Positions 38,501-48,719 are shown, counted from the first letter of the stretch. The stretch is 64,000 nt of DNA from Ignavibacteria bacterium (GCA_036567745.1 DATCTW010000054.1:37488-101487); one strand, 5' to 3'. Notes: generated from the letters alone by a model not told the origin. Numbers and translations are program-made.

Positions 38501-40889
38501 TTGAGCCTATACTAACTGGAGAAAATCTAATTGTTATAACCTGATTTGATGATGGAGTAATTGTAAGAGGTAATGTGGGTGGAGATACTAAATGAAAAGA
38601 AGAAGTATCTGTTCCGGAAAATGTAAAACTATTTATTATTAAATTAGCTAAACCAGAGTTTGTAATAGTTATTGTTTTATCGCTATATTGTGATGTTTTT
38701 ACGTCACCATAAGATAGCGATGTTGGGTTTACACTTATAGCAGCTAAAGGTGTGGCTGTAAAATTTGCAGTAGTTTGATTAGCACTTAGATTAGTATAAT
38801 TTCTACTCGAAGGTGAAAAGCTATAATTCGTTTTGGATGGTGTTAATGTATAGCTTCCACCTGCAGAAAGATTTGAAAAAGTAAATACACCTGATGAATT
38901 TGTAGTTGTTGAACCAGAAGAGCTACCTGAAAGTGTTACTGTTACTCCACTTATAGGGTTATTACTACCATCTTTTATTGTCCCACTTATAGAATATGTA
39001 ACAGGTGAAGATGTAGACCAACCCATATCCGCCATTTGATTTAGTACAATAGAACCTGGAGAATGTATGGCTTCTCCGTTAGCAAGTGCATAAGTCATTA
39101 AATTATTTCCGCTACCGGGTGGATATGTTGATTCATCAAGGTGATAAATTGAAGATCCACCTGACCATGCTGCAGGTGCATACAATCTTGCAGTTCCAGT
39201 GTTTGGTCCATTCCACCATAAATTATTTCCTGTTAGTTGATTTCCTAAATCTGTAGAAGGGTTAAAAAATATACCGGTATTAATCAGTAGTTGGCTTGAA
39301 CCATTATAAATAAATCTATCGAATATGTAGGGATAGTGATAAGTTGGATCCCCCCACGAACCTACGCCTCCGGAATAGCTAAAGGAGCCAACATAACCTA
39401 AACCATGACATAACTCGTGCAATACTACTGATACAAAATCATATTTTGTAAATGGAGTATTGCCATCTGTCCCGAAGTACCAATTGGAAAAATCACTGTT
39501 AAAATTAGCATTTATATCTGGATTTGTGTTTAAGTTTAATCTATCACCATTAATTTTTTCAGCAAGTGCAACAGGATACCATGTATTAGCATAAGGTTGA
39601 TTATTAAAACCTGTATAAGATGTAGAGGGTCCTGCACTACCCAGTATTCCTGAACCTAATGAGGTGTATGTTGCATTTACACGAATTGGAACTGACGAGG
39701 TTATGAGAGAAGCCCATATATCAATAGCATATTGAAATGCTGCTTGTGCTTCGGCACTAAATCCTGTATATGTTACAATTATTGTAGCTGCATTGGTTTT
39801 ATTTTGTTTATTCTTATAAAATTCAATTGGTGGAGGTAAATAATATCTTTGAATTTCGTCTGAGGCTTTAACATACATATATCTATCATTGGGTCTGGCA
39901 ACAATTAATTTTTTGGGTAGTTCAATCCAATTAATACCGCCATCGGTAGATTTAAAAACAGAACCAGAAGATGAACCAGCAATAATATTATTTTTCTTAA
40001 AAGAAATAAATTCAGCTGATCTTATTGAATAATCGAAATTTGTTTTTTTCCATACATCTCTTTCTTCATCAAGTATATACAATCCATTATCATAAGTAGA
40101 GAGAAAAACTTTGCCATTAATATCTGTAGTAATAAATTTTATTTTTTTAGTTCCTAACCCATCATTCAAGGCTGTGATTGTAGTACCACCATCTTTAGAA
40201 ATAAAAATACCATTGTTAAAGGTTGTAAAATATAAAGTGTTATTATAGTTTTTGATATCAGTAATATTTTCTCCGCTTATAAAATTGTTTATTTTGATCC
40301 ACGATGAACCTTTATCGTATGATTCATATAAACCTTTTTCTGTACCTACAATTATTTTTTTATTCAAAGAGGTGATTGGAGCAATAAGAATTTTTTCAGG
40401 TAAGGTACTAACTTTCTGCCAGTTTTTTCCTCCGTCTTGTGATTTATAAACTATTCCATTATCATCAACTAGAATCAAATCATTATCAACTTGGATGATA
40501 TTCCTATAAGCATTATTTTTTGGTAAGTTAGAAATTATTTGCCAGTATTGCGATGAATTGTCAAAAGAATATATACCTAAACCTGTAATTGCAAAGAGTT
40601 TGTTATTGCTATCTAAGAATAATTTACGGATATCATAAGATTCTAATCCTTCACTGACCCTAAACCACAATATCCCTTCATCAGTTGATTTCCATATACC
40701 TGCACCCCAGGTGCCAGCAAAAATTTCTCCATACTGATTCACTACGGTTGAATATAAAGGGCGAAATTGAAGTTCTCTTCTTAACTCTTCAATATTTTGC
40801 TGCGAAAAAGAAATCACAACAAAAGTTAAAGTTAATAAAAGAGAATATTTAAATAATTTCGTAAAATTATAAATCATCTCAAACCCCAC
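35517..40889 (-). CDS. giant T9SS-secreted surface protein: N-terminal BNR/Asp-box beta-propeller, HEXXH zinc-metallopeptidase-like domain, many Ig-like beta-sandwich repeats, C-terminal Por sorting domain
   Basis: Signal peptide; repeated 'S-x-D-G-G-x-x-W' BNR boxes; 'VVLHELCHGLGY' (coded around 39395-39420); repetitive T/S/N-rich beta-sandwich modules; C-terminus 'GVYFYILKVNNFSQTRKMMFIK' typical of T9SS CTDs. Confidence 0.8.
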   Translation of the reverse strand: MGFEMIYNFTKLFKYSLLLTLTFVVISFSQQNIEELRRELQFRPLYSTVVNQYGEIFAGTWGAGIWKSTDEGILWFRVSEGLESYDIRKLFLDSNNKLFAITGLGIYSFDNSSQYWQIISNLPKNNAYRNIIQVDNDLILVDDNGIVYKSQDGGKNWQKVSTLPEKILIAPITSLNKKIIVGTEKGLYESYDKGSSWIKINNFISGENITDIKNYNNTLYFTTFNNGIFISKDGGTTITALNDGLGTKKIKFITTDINGKVFLSTYDNGLYILDEERDVWKKTNFDYSIRSAEFISFKKNNIIAGSSSGSVFKSTDGGINWIELPKKLIVARPNDRYMYVKASDEIQRYYLPPPIEFYKNKQNKTNAATIIVTYTGFSAEAQAAFQYAIDIWASLITSSVPIRVNATYTSLGSGILGSAGPSTSYTGFNNQPYANTWYPVALAEKINGDRLNLNTNPDINANFNSDFSNWYFGTDGNTPFTKYDFVSVVLHELCHGLGYVGSFSYSGGVGSWGDPTYHYPYIFDRFIYNGSSQLLINTGIFFNPSTDLGNQLTGNNLWWNGPNTGTARLYAPAAWSGGSSIYHLDESTYPPGSGNNLMTYALANGEAIHSPGSIVLNQMADMGWSTSSPVTYSISGTIKDGSNNPISGVTVTLSGSSSGSTTTNSSGVFTFSNLSAGGSYTLTPSKTNYSFSPSSRNYTNLSANQTTANFTATPLAAISVNPTSLSYGDVKTSQYSDKTITITNSGLANLIINSFTFSGTDTSSFHLVSPPTLPLTITPSSNQVITIRFSPVSIGSKSANLIISYGGAGATLNVPLSGNGIASSSVWSQNKTTINFDSLGFLSTPSDSLLLITNTSLTDSLVITSVVYTGGNNKFSLNETLPIKVSPNSSKNIKIRFNPDSVGTFSGTITFNNNSGNQPTANLNVTGKVFGSIIAANKTTINFGVVGIGSGNKDSTIEITNTGSYKLKIFSVGLATADSSFEITTTLPSSGVILNPSEKYYITIRLKPNILGVKTGTITINNNSKNNTSFTITVSANVQQSYLTFTPSSINFDSTFIGQVSKTLNLIIHNSSTLLKQSSFNKTNVTVTLFDKVITGDTVSFKILNKKTNVSLQSGANDTVQILFYPHTAGIKNATLTITSNDLTPIRTINLTGFGGGKAVISTNYSSINLGDCVAGKYKDTTLIITNTGNLDLILSSFSFTGSDNSSFGFIINNSPKTLLFNQSDTVKFRFNASLPGGNKSAQLSINSNDPSLSILNIPIIANVKYASLYKYVSTIQYNTTDIGGKSDTEIVIKNNGNSNLEIGNIYLDGAFYTDFILGANYNNIVLAPNEEKNIKVSFIPSDTGLRYARLVITSNDQNKPEDYIILKGTGKTASLPSLYLAYNIIDFGYVNTGFYKDTIISIKNNGNAPLVIDSLNIIGTNKNRFSIIGKSVPFTLLAGESDNIVIRYQSSLSQANAILRIKSNDLQKPIFEILLNGNSSFPIMTLSDSAFNFNKVNVKDSSIKTLKIRNNGLSTLIVDSVSLINADGFFVNYIPLPIQIQPAEEKIIVIKFSPNEPKNYSSVLKLKTNDPNIPEKLIPLFGLGAAPNMILSQKVDFGKVMKDNIKYSGFRIGNSGNAILTISGITVTGNNASEFEIINKTYPYNIAEGQSDSVTVKFTAKTIGVKDAKIKVLSNDITSNNEIVILAEATTNVQVNDKNEIPLSYELKQNYPNPFNPSTRIYYAIKENGFVSLKLFDIYGREVEELVNEYKPAGTYSIDFIPKDLTSGVYFYILKVNNFSQTRKMMFIK

Positions 40890-40905
40890 AAAATAATTAA
40901 AAAAA

Positions 40906-42552
40906 TTAATTTCTCATTTTGGAAAACTCACTTGTAAATTTCCATTGAGGTTTACTTTTCTCATTAGCCAACCTATAACCAGTAAGGAAAAAAACTTTTA
41001 CATTTTTGGACATACCTTTGAAATCCCACCATGGTTCAACTTCGTCGCTAGGTTGATGATAATTCTTTTCGCTCCATTTTTCCATAATTTTCGAACCCCA
41101 ACCTTTTGGCTTACCAACAAAATCCTCACCGTTAGAAATATAAATACTTGGAATACCTACTTTAGCAAAATTAAATTGATCAGATCTATAGAATGAACCT
41201 TGTTCAAGGTTTTGATCCATTACACCATACATGTTTAACTTTCTTGCTTCTTCATCAACAATTTTAAATAAGTTTGAATGCTCTCCACCAATAATTTCAA
41301 TATTTTTCGGTTCTCCAAAAATGTTTACTGCATCAATATTAATGCAGGCAATAATTTTATCGAGTGGATAAGTTGGATTTTGAACAAAATAATCTGATCC
41401 AAGTAAACCCTCTTCTTCACCTGCAGTAGCTATAAAAATAATACTTCTTTTAGGTTTTACTTTTAGGCTATTAAAAGCTTTAGCCATAGTAATTAGTGAA
41501 CTTATACCTGTTGCATTATCCAATGCACCATTATAAATTGAGTCGTTATTTATAGCTTTGCCAATTCCTAAATGATCAAAATGAGAAGTATAAACAACAG
41601 CTTCTTCCTTTAATTCTTTATCACTTCCTTCAAGAATTCCTATAACGTTTCGAGTGTTCACTTCTCTTATTGAAGATTTCATTTCTATACTAATTTTTAT
41701 GCCAAGGTTAATTGGGTAAAAATCTCTGCTTTCGGCCTTATTAAAAAGATCGTCTAAATTGAAACCTCCTAAAGATACAAATTTTTGAGACGCTTCTTTA
41801 GTTAACCATCCCTGTAATTTTACTTTAGGTGATTTATTATCTTTTAAATCAAATTGTTCTCCTACCCAGGACGATTGAATAACCTGCCAACCATATCCTG
41901 CTGATTCATCTGTATGAATTATAATAGCACCTAAAGCACCTTTTTTAGCCGCCTTATCAAACTTATAATCCCATCTACCATAATATAAACGCTTTTTACC
42001 TTCAAAAAGTTTCGGATCTTTTGAAGGATCGTTATTGATTATTAGCAAAACTTTGCCTTTCATATCTATATTTTTATAGTCATTCCATTCATATTCAGGA
42101 GCCTCTATCCCATAACCAACAAAAATAACATCAGCATCTTGAATTTTAATCTCTTTTTCTCTAATACCACTAAATCCAATAAATTCAGTATAAAAATTGA
42201 AATCTATACTTTTATCTTTAGTATAAGCTTTAAGAACCATATCGTTATTCATTTCAACTCCAACCAGAGTCATTTCCTGAAAATAGCTTTTACCATTTTC
42301 TATCCCTGGTTTTAGACCATAAGATTGGAATTGTCTGGCAATATATTGAGTTGCTATTTTTTCCCCGAATGAACCAGATTTCCTTCCTTGAAGGAGGTCA
42401 TCTGCTAAAAAAAGAACGTGTGCTTTTAATTCAATAGAATCAATTTGATTGAGTGCATTTGATAACTCTTTATTAATTTTTTGTGAATAGCCAAAAGAAT
42501 AAAATATGAATATTATAATAAAAAATAATTTTACTTTCATTTTAACTCCCAT
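40906..42552 (-). CDS. secreted M28-family peptidase with PA domain
   Basis: 'YTSHFDHLGIG', 'NGALDNATGISSLITMAKAF', 'AGEEEGLLGSDYF', 'INIDAVN'; signal peptide. Confidence 0.8.
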   Translation of the reverse strand: MGVKMKVKLFFIIIFIFYSFGYSQKINKELSNALNQIDSIELKAHVLFLADDLLQGRKSGSFGEKIATQYIARQFQSYGLKPGIENGKSYFQEMTLVGVEMNNDMVLKAYTKDKSIDFNFYTEFIGFSGIREKEIKIQDADVIFVGYGIEAPEYEWNDYKNIDMKGKVLLIINNDPSKDPKLFEGKKRLYYGRWDYKFDKAAKKGALGAIIIHTDESAGYGWQVIQSSWVGEQFDLKDNKSPKVKLQGWLTKEASQKFVSLGGFNLDDLFNKAESRDFYPINLGIKISIEMKSSIREVNTRNVIGILEGSDKELKEEAVVYTSHFDHLGIGKAINNDSIYNGALDNATGISSLITMAKAFNSLKVKPKRSIIFIATAGEEEGLLGSDYFVQNPTYPLDKIIACINIDAVNIFGEPKNIEIIGGEHSNLFKIVDEEARKLNMYGVMDQNLEQGSFYRSDQFNFAKVGIPSIYISNGEDFVGKPKGWGSKIMEKWSEKNYHQPSDEVEPWWDFKGMSKNVKVFFLTGYRLANEKSKPQWKFTSEFSKMRN

Positions 42553-42558
42553 TAGAAT

Positions 42559-43737
42559 TTATATACAAATATCACCAAGTATTACTGCTTCTTTAGCGCC
42601 AGTTGTACGAGGAACATTAGATGGGTTTCCACTTATTGTTTCATTTGCTAAAATTGCAAAGCAGATAGCTTCTTTTGCATCAGAAGAATAACCATATTCT
42701 TCAATTTTCATAACTTTTGTTTTCCCAAAATATTTTTGAAGTAATTCCATCAAGAATTTATTATGCGCACCACCACCACTTACTAAAAGTTCATCAATTT
42801 CTGTTTCTGACTTCATAAAGTTATCGTAACTGAAAAATACAGACCATGCTGTAATTTCAGTTACGGTTCTTATAATATCTTCTTTTGGTATATCTCCAAA
42901 AAGTTGTAAAATTCTATCAATATATTTTTCACCAAAAATTTCTCTTCCTGTTGATTTGGGTGGTTTTATATAATAATACTCGTGACCTTTTAAAAACTCA
43001 AATAAATTGTTATTCAACTTGCCTTTCGAAGCAATTTCCCCATCTTTGTCGAAATTCAAAGAAAAAAGTTTTTTCATTAGACCATCAATAATCATATTTC
43101 CTGGCCCACAATCAAAAGCTAGAACATCTTTGACGGTGCAATTTTTTGGTAGTACTGTCATATTAGAAATACCACCAATATTAAGTAAGCCTCTACTATT
43201 TTTGTCTGAAGAAAAAATAATATAATCAAAATATGGTACTAAAGGTGCTCCTTGGCCACCAACTGCCATATCTGCTGTTCGAAAGTTACCGACTGTTACT
43301 ACTCCGGTTAACTTAGCTAATGCAGAATTATCACCAATCTGTAATGTAGAAGTAACTGTATGTCCAAACATTTCGTATGGTTTTGGAAGATGATGAATAG
43401 TTTGACCGTGATTGCCGATTAGAGCAATTTGTGAAATATCAACACCTGCCTTTTTGCATAACTTAAATATTGCTTCTGCATAAAGTTTAGGATAAAGCAT
43501 ATGTAATCTACAAATATCTTCTACATTGCTTGTGTCTTTAATTGAGTTTTTTAATACAAATTCTTTCATTCCTTCTGGAAATGGATAAGTATCAAATTCA
43601 ATTTGTTCAAACTTGGTGTTTCTGCCATTTCCATGAACTTTTAATAATACTACGTCAATTCCATCTACTGATGTGCCAGACATTAAACCTATTATAAGTT
43701 TAGGATCTTTTTTAAATAATTCTTCTAATTTTTTCAT
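42559..43737 (-). CDS. anmK: anhydro-N-acetylmuramic acid kinase
   Basis: N-terminal 'IGLMSGTSVDGIDVVLL' and overall AnmK-family layout. Confidence 0.85.
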   Translation of the reverse strand: MKKLEELFKKDPKLIIGLMSGTSVDGIDVVLLKVHGNGRNTKFEQIEFDTYPFPEGMKEFVLKNSIKDTSNVEDICRLHMLYPKLYAEAIFKLCKKAGVDISQIALIGNHGQTIHHLPKPYEMFGHTVTSTLQIGDNSALAKLTGVVTVGNFRTADMAVGGQGAPLVPYFDYIIFSSDKNSRGLLNIGGISNMTVLPKNCTVKDVLAFDCGPGNMIIDGLMKKLFSLNFDKDGEIASKGKLNNNLFEFLKGHEYYYIKPPKSTGREIFGEKYIDRILQLFGDIPKEDIIRTVTEITAWSVFFSYDNFMKSETEIDELLVSGGGAHNKFLMELLQKYFGKTKVMKIEEYGYSSDAKEAICFAILANETISGNPSNVPRTTGAKEAVILGDICI

Positions 43738-43791
43738 TTTATTTTATTAAATTAGTTTGTATTATATTTTTTAAAATTATTTAGTTTCTTT

Positions 43792-44646
43792 ATGAAAACA
43801 TTACTATTAGGTGCTCATTGCTCAACAGAAGGTGGCCTTCATACCGCATTTGATAGAGCAGAAAAAATTCAAGCAACAGCCATTCAAATTTTTACTCAAA
43901 ATGCCAGACAGTGGCATGCTTCGACTATTGAACCATATCAAGTTGAAATTTACAAATTAAGAAAATTAAAGTCAAAGGTTAAAATTATTATATCTCATGA
44001 TAGCTATTTAATAAATTTGTGTGCTAAAGATAATAATGTTCATAAAAAATCTGAGATAGCTTTTAAAAATGAAATAATTAGATGTAATTTGTTAGATATT
44101 AGATTGCTTGTGTTTCATCCAGGGTCACATTTAGGCCAGGGTGAAGAATATGGATTAAAAAAGATTGCAGATACCTTAAATAAACTTCATCAAGAAACAA
44201 AGAATTGTAATGTAATTTCAGTTGTAGAAACTACTTCTGGACAGGGTACGAATTTAGGTTATAAATTTGAACACATTAATCAAATTATTGAGATGATAGA
44301 AAATAAAAGCAGAATAGGTGTGTGTATAGATTCTTGCCATATTTTTTCTGCGGGTTATGATATTCGAGATGAAAAAAAATATTCAATGACCATAAAATTA
44401 TTTGACGAAATAATAGGATTGAAATACCTAAAGGTAATTCATCTTAATGACTCAAAAAGTGATTTTGGTTCAAGAGTTGATAGACATGAACATATTGGAA
44501 AAGGAAAAATTGGAGTAAAACCATTTTCATATTTCATGAATGATAAAAGATTTATAAATATCCCAAAGATTATTGAGACACCAAAAGGTAAGGATTTAAA
44601 AGAGGATATAGTAAATTTAAAATTATTAAGTAAATTGATTAAATAG
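43792..44646 (+). CDS. nfo: endonuclease IV (AP endonuclease, TIM barrel)
   Basis: 'LLGAHCSTEGGL...AIQIFTQNARQWH' and His/Asp/Glu metal-ligand blocks of Nfo. Confidence 0.85.
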   Translation: MKTLLLGAHCSTEGGLHTAFDRAEKIQATAIQIFTQNARQWHASTIEPYQVEIYKLRKLKSKVKIIISHDSYLINLCAKDNNVHKKSEIAFKNEIIRCNLLDIRLLVFHPGSHLGQGEEYGLKKIADTLNKLHQETKNCNVISVVETTSGQGTNLGYKFEHINQIIEMIENKSRIGVCIDSCHIFSAGYDIRDEKKYSMTIKLFDEIIGLKYLKVIHLNDSKSDFGSRVDRHEHIGKGKIGVKPFSYFMNDKRFINIPKIIETPKGKDLKEDIVNLKLLSKLIK

Positions 44647-44663
44647 AAAGCAAATTTTTAAAT

Positions 44664-45065
44664 TTAAAAAATCATTTTTACATAAAATCTAATCATAAAT
44701 GCTTGATTCATATTACTATCTAATACCAAAGCTCTTATCTCTTTATTTTTTGGATCAAACACATATAGGTATTTGTTCCCAACATCGCTCGTAACAGTAT
44801 AAATCCATACATTGTTTTTTTCATCATAAGTTTTTTTGTCTACATAATATGTTGATTTAATATCTTCAGTAGTGTGGGTAAACATTGTTTCGCTTTTATT
44901 CATAACAAAAAGCGAAGATTCCTCATAACCTTTGCAATTATCAAAATTTTTTTCTTCGTTGTTCCATTCACATATTTCCCTATAATAACAACTAAATGAA
45001 ACCTGTGCTTTCGAATGTAAACTAAAAACTATAAGAGTAATTATTACAAAAAATAAGTGTTTCAT
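44664..45065 (-). CDS. small secreted hypothetical protein
   Basis: Signal peptide 'VIITLIVFSLHSKAQ'; no motif. Confidence 0.4.
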   Translation of the reverse strand: MKHLFFVIITLIVFSLHSKAQVSFSCYYREICEWNNEEKNFDNCKGYEESSLFVMNKSETMFTHTTEDIKSTYYVDKKTYDEKNNVWIYTVTSDVGNKYLYVFDPKNKEIRALVLDSNMNQAFMIRFYVKMIF

Positions 45066-45305
45066 AATTTACCTCTAATTTTTTTATAAAAAAAATCAAA
45101 TATATTTCTATGTAGTAAATTATTATAATTTTTTCTCGCTTCTTAAAAAATAATTTAATATATTTTTTTTATAAAATCAAACTCTTTTTGATTTTTTTTT
45201 ACTTTTTTTACTTAGTACCTGATATTAGCAAATTGATAATTTTTTCAAATTACATTGATTTATTTTTTAATAGGTCTTATTTTAATAAAAAATGAGGACA
45301 AAATT

Positions 45306-45884
45306 ATGAAAAAAAGTGGTATATTAATTTTGTTTTTCTTTTTAATATTTATTTCATGTTCAAAAAAGAAAGAGCAATCCAATTATTACGAGGAGAATAA
45401 TTTAACCCAAAAAGAAACAAATTTTGTAGGTAATACTTCGAAATTAATTTCTATAAAAGGAAGCTTGTATAATAATGATATACCGGAGTTTTCATGGATA
45501 AATGAAAAAAATGAAGAAATTAATATCAAAAATTATAAAGGTAAACTTATAATTTTAAATTTTTGGGCTACGTGGTGCTCACCCTGTAAAAAAGAAATAC
45601 CAGATTTTGTAAGAGTTTATAATAAATATAAATATCAAGGTTTAGAAATTCTTGGTATTTCAGTTGATTCAGAAATGAGTCTTAATGAGATAGCAGAATT
45701 TGTTGGAGAAAATGATATAAATTACCAGATCATTTTAGATAATGGTTTATTGGAAAATGCTTTTGGTAAAATTGAAGCAATTCCCACAACTTTTATTATT
45801 GGTAAAGATTTTAAATTACATAATAAGATAGTTGGTTCAATAACTGAAGAAGAGTTAGAAAAGATTGTTAAATCAGAATTATGA
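45306..45884 (+). CDS. TlpA/ResA-like thiol:disulfide oxidoreductase (thioredoxin fold) lipoprotein
   Basis: 'FWATWCSPCKKEIPDF' CxxC active site; lipobox 'FISCSK'; start at internal ATG (ORF track 45255). Confidence 0.75.
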   Translation: MKKSGILILFFFLIFISCSKKKEQSNYYEENNLTQKETNFVGNTSKLISIKGSLYNNDIPEFSWINEKNEEINIKNYKGKLIILNFWATWCSPCKKEIPDFVRVYNKYKYQGLEILGISVDSEMSLNEIAEFVGENDINYQIILDNGLLENAFGKIEAIPTTFIIGKDFKLHNKIVGSITEEELEKIVKSEL

Positions 45885-45907
45885 AAAGCAGGTTATACCT
45901 GCTTTTC
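45885..45907. terminator. hairpin terminator between convergent genes
   Basis: aaaagcaggt-tat-acctgctttt inverted repeat. Confidence 0.5.
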
Positions 45908-45923
45908 ATATTCAGTATAATTT

Positions 45924-48326
45924 TTAAAGGTTTTCTGTAGTCTTTTTAAGTGAAGCAGAGGTTTCAAAGAATTCTTTCATTGTTAAACTCTTCAAATATA
46001 CAATACCTCTTGTTGCTCGATAAAGAGGATGCTTATTCTCATAGAAAAATTCTCTACCTAAACACCTTTTAATAGTTTGATATTGTTCTACTTGTATTTC
46101 TTGAGCTAATTCAGAAAATGGGCCATCATGTTCATAACTTGGGAAAGAAGCACCTTTTTGAGAAGCAAAGGCATTCATAAACGAGTTTTCTAAAACAGCA
46201 AACATGTTCAATGATACAGGTACATATAAGTTTGCTTCTGATGGATGAAACCTAAACCAAACATTTCTATAACCCCAAATTTCAATATCATCTCTTCCTG
46301 TTTCCTGTTGATAAAGTTTAAGGGCTTCAGTAATTACTTGCAATACTTTGTAATGTGTATCAGGCCCGCTTGCTTCAGGATCTAATGCAAGAGAAACTAC
46401 ATTGGGATTTACCTCTCTTAAAAGATTTAAGAAAGGTATAACATCACGATCAACTGTTGGTTCTTCTGTAAAAATATCCCCTTTGTAGAAACCTAATCTT
46501 AGATGATGAATTGAAGAAGAATTAAAACCAAGATAGCCCCATAAACAATCAGCTTCCCATTCTCGAATCATTCCTTTTAGTCTTTGAATATGAGGTAAAT
46601 CTTTTTTACCAGGATATTGCGTCTGAAAGTAATTCATTAATTCAACTATTCTATTTTTCAGATTGTCAATATTATCGTCTTCAAAAATACAAAATAAAAT
46701 TGAGAGTAATCTTCTGGCTTCTCCTTCATCTTTCATTATTTCTTTATTTGCTGCTACTCCATCAAGATATTGCCAAACATCTCTATTTCTGCCATTTGTA
46801 TTTTTAGGATTGAAGTAACCCTCATTTATTAATTTATCGAATGTGCCTTTTTCAAGAAATTTTTTTAGTTTTAATAAAAGATTATATACATGATTATTAG
46901 TAACAGCATTAAATCCACTTGTTAAGGTTGCAAAGTGATGTGTGTTTGATGAATCCCTTGTATTTCTGACGATATATGCTAAATATCCTAACATCAAATC
47001 ATCATGATGAGGTTCTGTATGCAGAAAAACCTGATTTTTTCTTGGGAATGCACCTCTTTCAAACTTTGAAATAATTCTTTCAGTAACAAATTTATTGAGG
47101 GTTTTATAGCTTTCTCCTCTTTTACTTAATATGGTTGAGCAAAAACGATTGCTTTCATAGTCATTTAATGTTAAATCATTAATTCTTTTATTTTTCTCTA
47201 AAGCTAAATCAATAACATATTGCTCTACCATTTCATCAGTAATTGTATCAAGTTTTGTAAGATTCTCATATTGTCTTTCGACTAATTTTACGGCTGCCCC
47301 TTTAGTTAGATAAAATCTTGCATTATCCAGGTCTTGTAAAACAGTTGCAGGGTAGTGAATATGTTTTTTGTTTTGGATTGCATTTGCAACAACTTTTGCT
47401 TTTGCTTCTCCTGCTGCAATTATGATTGCTGTACAGTTTTGATTGTAAGTAATAGTTGAAAGACCGATAGTAATCACCAAACGTTTTCGCGATACTTCGA
47501 TACCACCCAGATCGCCTGCTGCTGCAGCTTGAGTCTCATAGTTCGTAGGTGTTAATCTTGTGGTTGAAAAGAAATCAGAACCTTGAACATTGAACCCTAT
47601 ATGTCCATCAGGACCAATACCACCAAGAAAGAAACCTAACCCTCCTAAATTTCTTATTCTTTCTTCATATTCTGCACACCATTGATCGACATTTTCTAAC
47701 ACTTGTTTTTGTAGTCTTTCAAGATTTGTTTTGCCATGTCTATAACGTAAAGATAGATCCACAGTCTGATCTGGCCATACATCATCAAGATCTATACCTT
47801 TTGGTAAACCAATTTTATTGCAATCAATGAGCAATGATTTAGCTTTATCAAACCCAAAACCATCTATATAAAATTTGTTTACATAATAATAAAAACTGTT
47901 GTGATGTTGAGGATGTATTGGATAAAATTCATCTATTTGTACAAAGTGAAGACTATGAAAATCAGGTTTAGTAGAAGGATCAATACCTTCAGTTTCTAAT
48001 TCTTTTTGAACTTCAGGTTTATCCCAGTTATTTTTATAATATGTTACCCATTTTATGAAATGTTCTGGTGTTTTACCAGTAGGTAAAGAAACAACTCCAC
48101 CTCTATTTTGTTGAACCCATTCAATAAACCTTAAAGCTGTTAATTTTCCCAAAGAAGGGAAATTATCTACAACAATTACTCCGATTTTCTCAGTAGGTGA
48201 ATAAATTAATTTTTGATTTGATCGATTTAACGCGTTTTGTTCAACTATTGAATTTGTATTCTGTGAATTCATTTTTTTCCTTAAAAAATATTTAACATTT
48301 TTTATTAATTTAAAAAAAATTAACAA
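45924..48326 (-). CDS. fused glucosamine-6-phosphate deaminase-like (NagB fold) / PIG-L (LmbE-like) deacetylase-domain protein
   Basis: N-terminal 'GVVSLPTGKTPEHF' NagB/6-phosphogluconolactonase-type motif; downstream 'LHTEPHHDDLMLGY' resembling the PIG-L 'HPDDE' zinc site; 800 aa. Confidence 0.6.
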   Translation of the reverse strand: MLIFFKLIKNVKYFLRKKMNSQNTNSIVEQNALNRSNQKLIYSPTEKIGVIVVDNFPSLGKLTALRFIEWVQQNRGGVVSLPTGKTPEHFIKWVTYYKNNWDKPEVQKELETEGIDPSTKPDFHSLHFVQIDEFYPIHPQHHNSFYYYVNKFYIDGFGFDKAKSLLIDCNKIGLPKGIDLDDVWPDQTVDLSLRYRHGKTNLERLQKQVLENVDQWCAEYEERIRNLGGLGFFLGGIGPDGHIGFNVQGSDFFSTTRLTPTNYETQAAAAGDLGGIEVSRKRLVITIGLSTITYNQNCTAIIIAAGEAKAKVVANAIQNKKHIHYPATVLQDLDNARFYLTKGAAVKLVERQYENLTKLDTITDEMVEQYVIDLALEKNKRINDLTLNDYESNRFCSTILSKRGESYKTLNKFVTERIISKFERGAFPRKNQVFLHTEPHHDDLMLGYLAYIVRNTRDSSNTHHFATLTSGFNAVTNNHVYNLLLKLKKFLEKGTFDKLINEGYFNPKNTNGRNRDVWQYLDGVAANKEIMKDEGEARRLLSILFCIFEDDNIDNLKNRIVELMNYFQTQYPGKKDLPHIQRLKGMIREWEADCLWGYLGFNSSSIHHLRLGFYKGDIFTEEPTVDRDVIPFLNLLREVNPNVVSLALDPEASGPDTHYKVLQVITEALKLYQQETGRDDIEIWGYRNVWFRFHPSEANLYVPVSLNMFAVLENSFMNAFASQKGASFPSYEHDGPFSELAQEIQVEQYQTIKRCLGREFFYENKHPLYRATRGIVYLKSLTMKEFFETSASLKKTTENL

Positions 48327-48641
48327 ATTAACAAGTCAGTTATATTTTACCTATTAAATTTCTAATTTATAGATTATTAGCATTAATTATACACAGTATA
48401 CAATATTTTTTATTAGTGATTAAAAAAATATAATCTCATTTTAGCATTTTTATAAAAGTAAGGTAAATTTAAGCTCTTTTACTCGCTTAATATAAATTTC
48501 ATTTTATATCATAGTAAACTGGGAAATAAAAATAAGTAAGTTTTAAAAAATAATAATAGTTGTTGTAAGCAAAATTGTTAATAAAAGAGTATAACTTTAA
48601 CCTTGAACTTTATGAATATAATGAATAAATTTAAATTAAAT

Positions 48642-48715
<74 letters not shown>

Positions 48716-48719
48716 CAAT

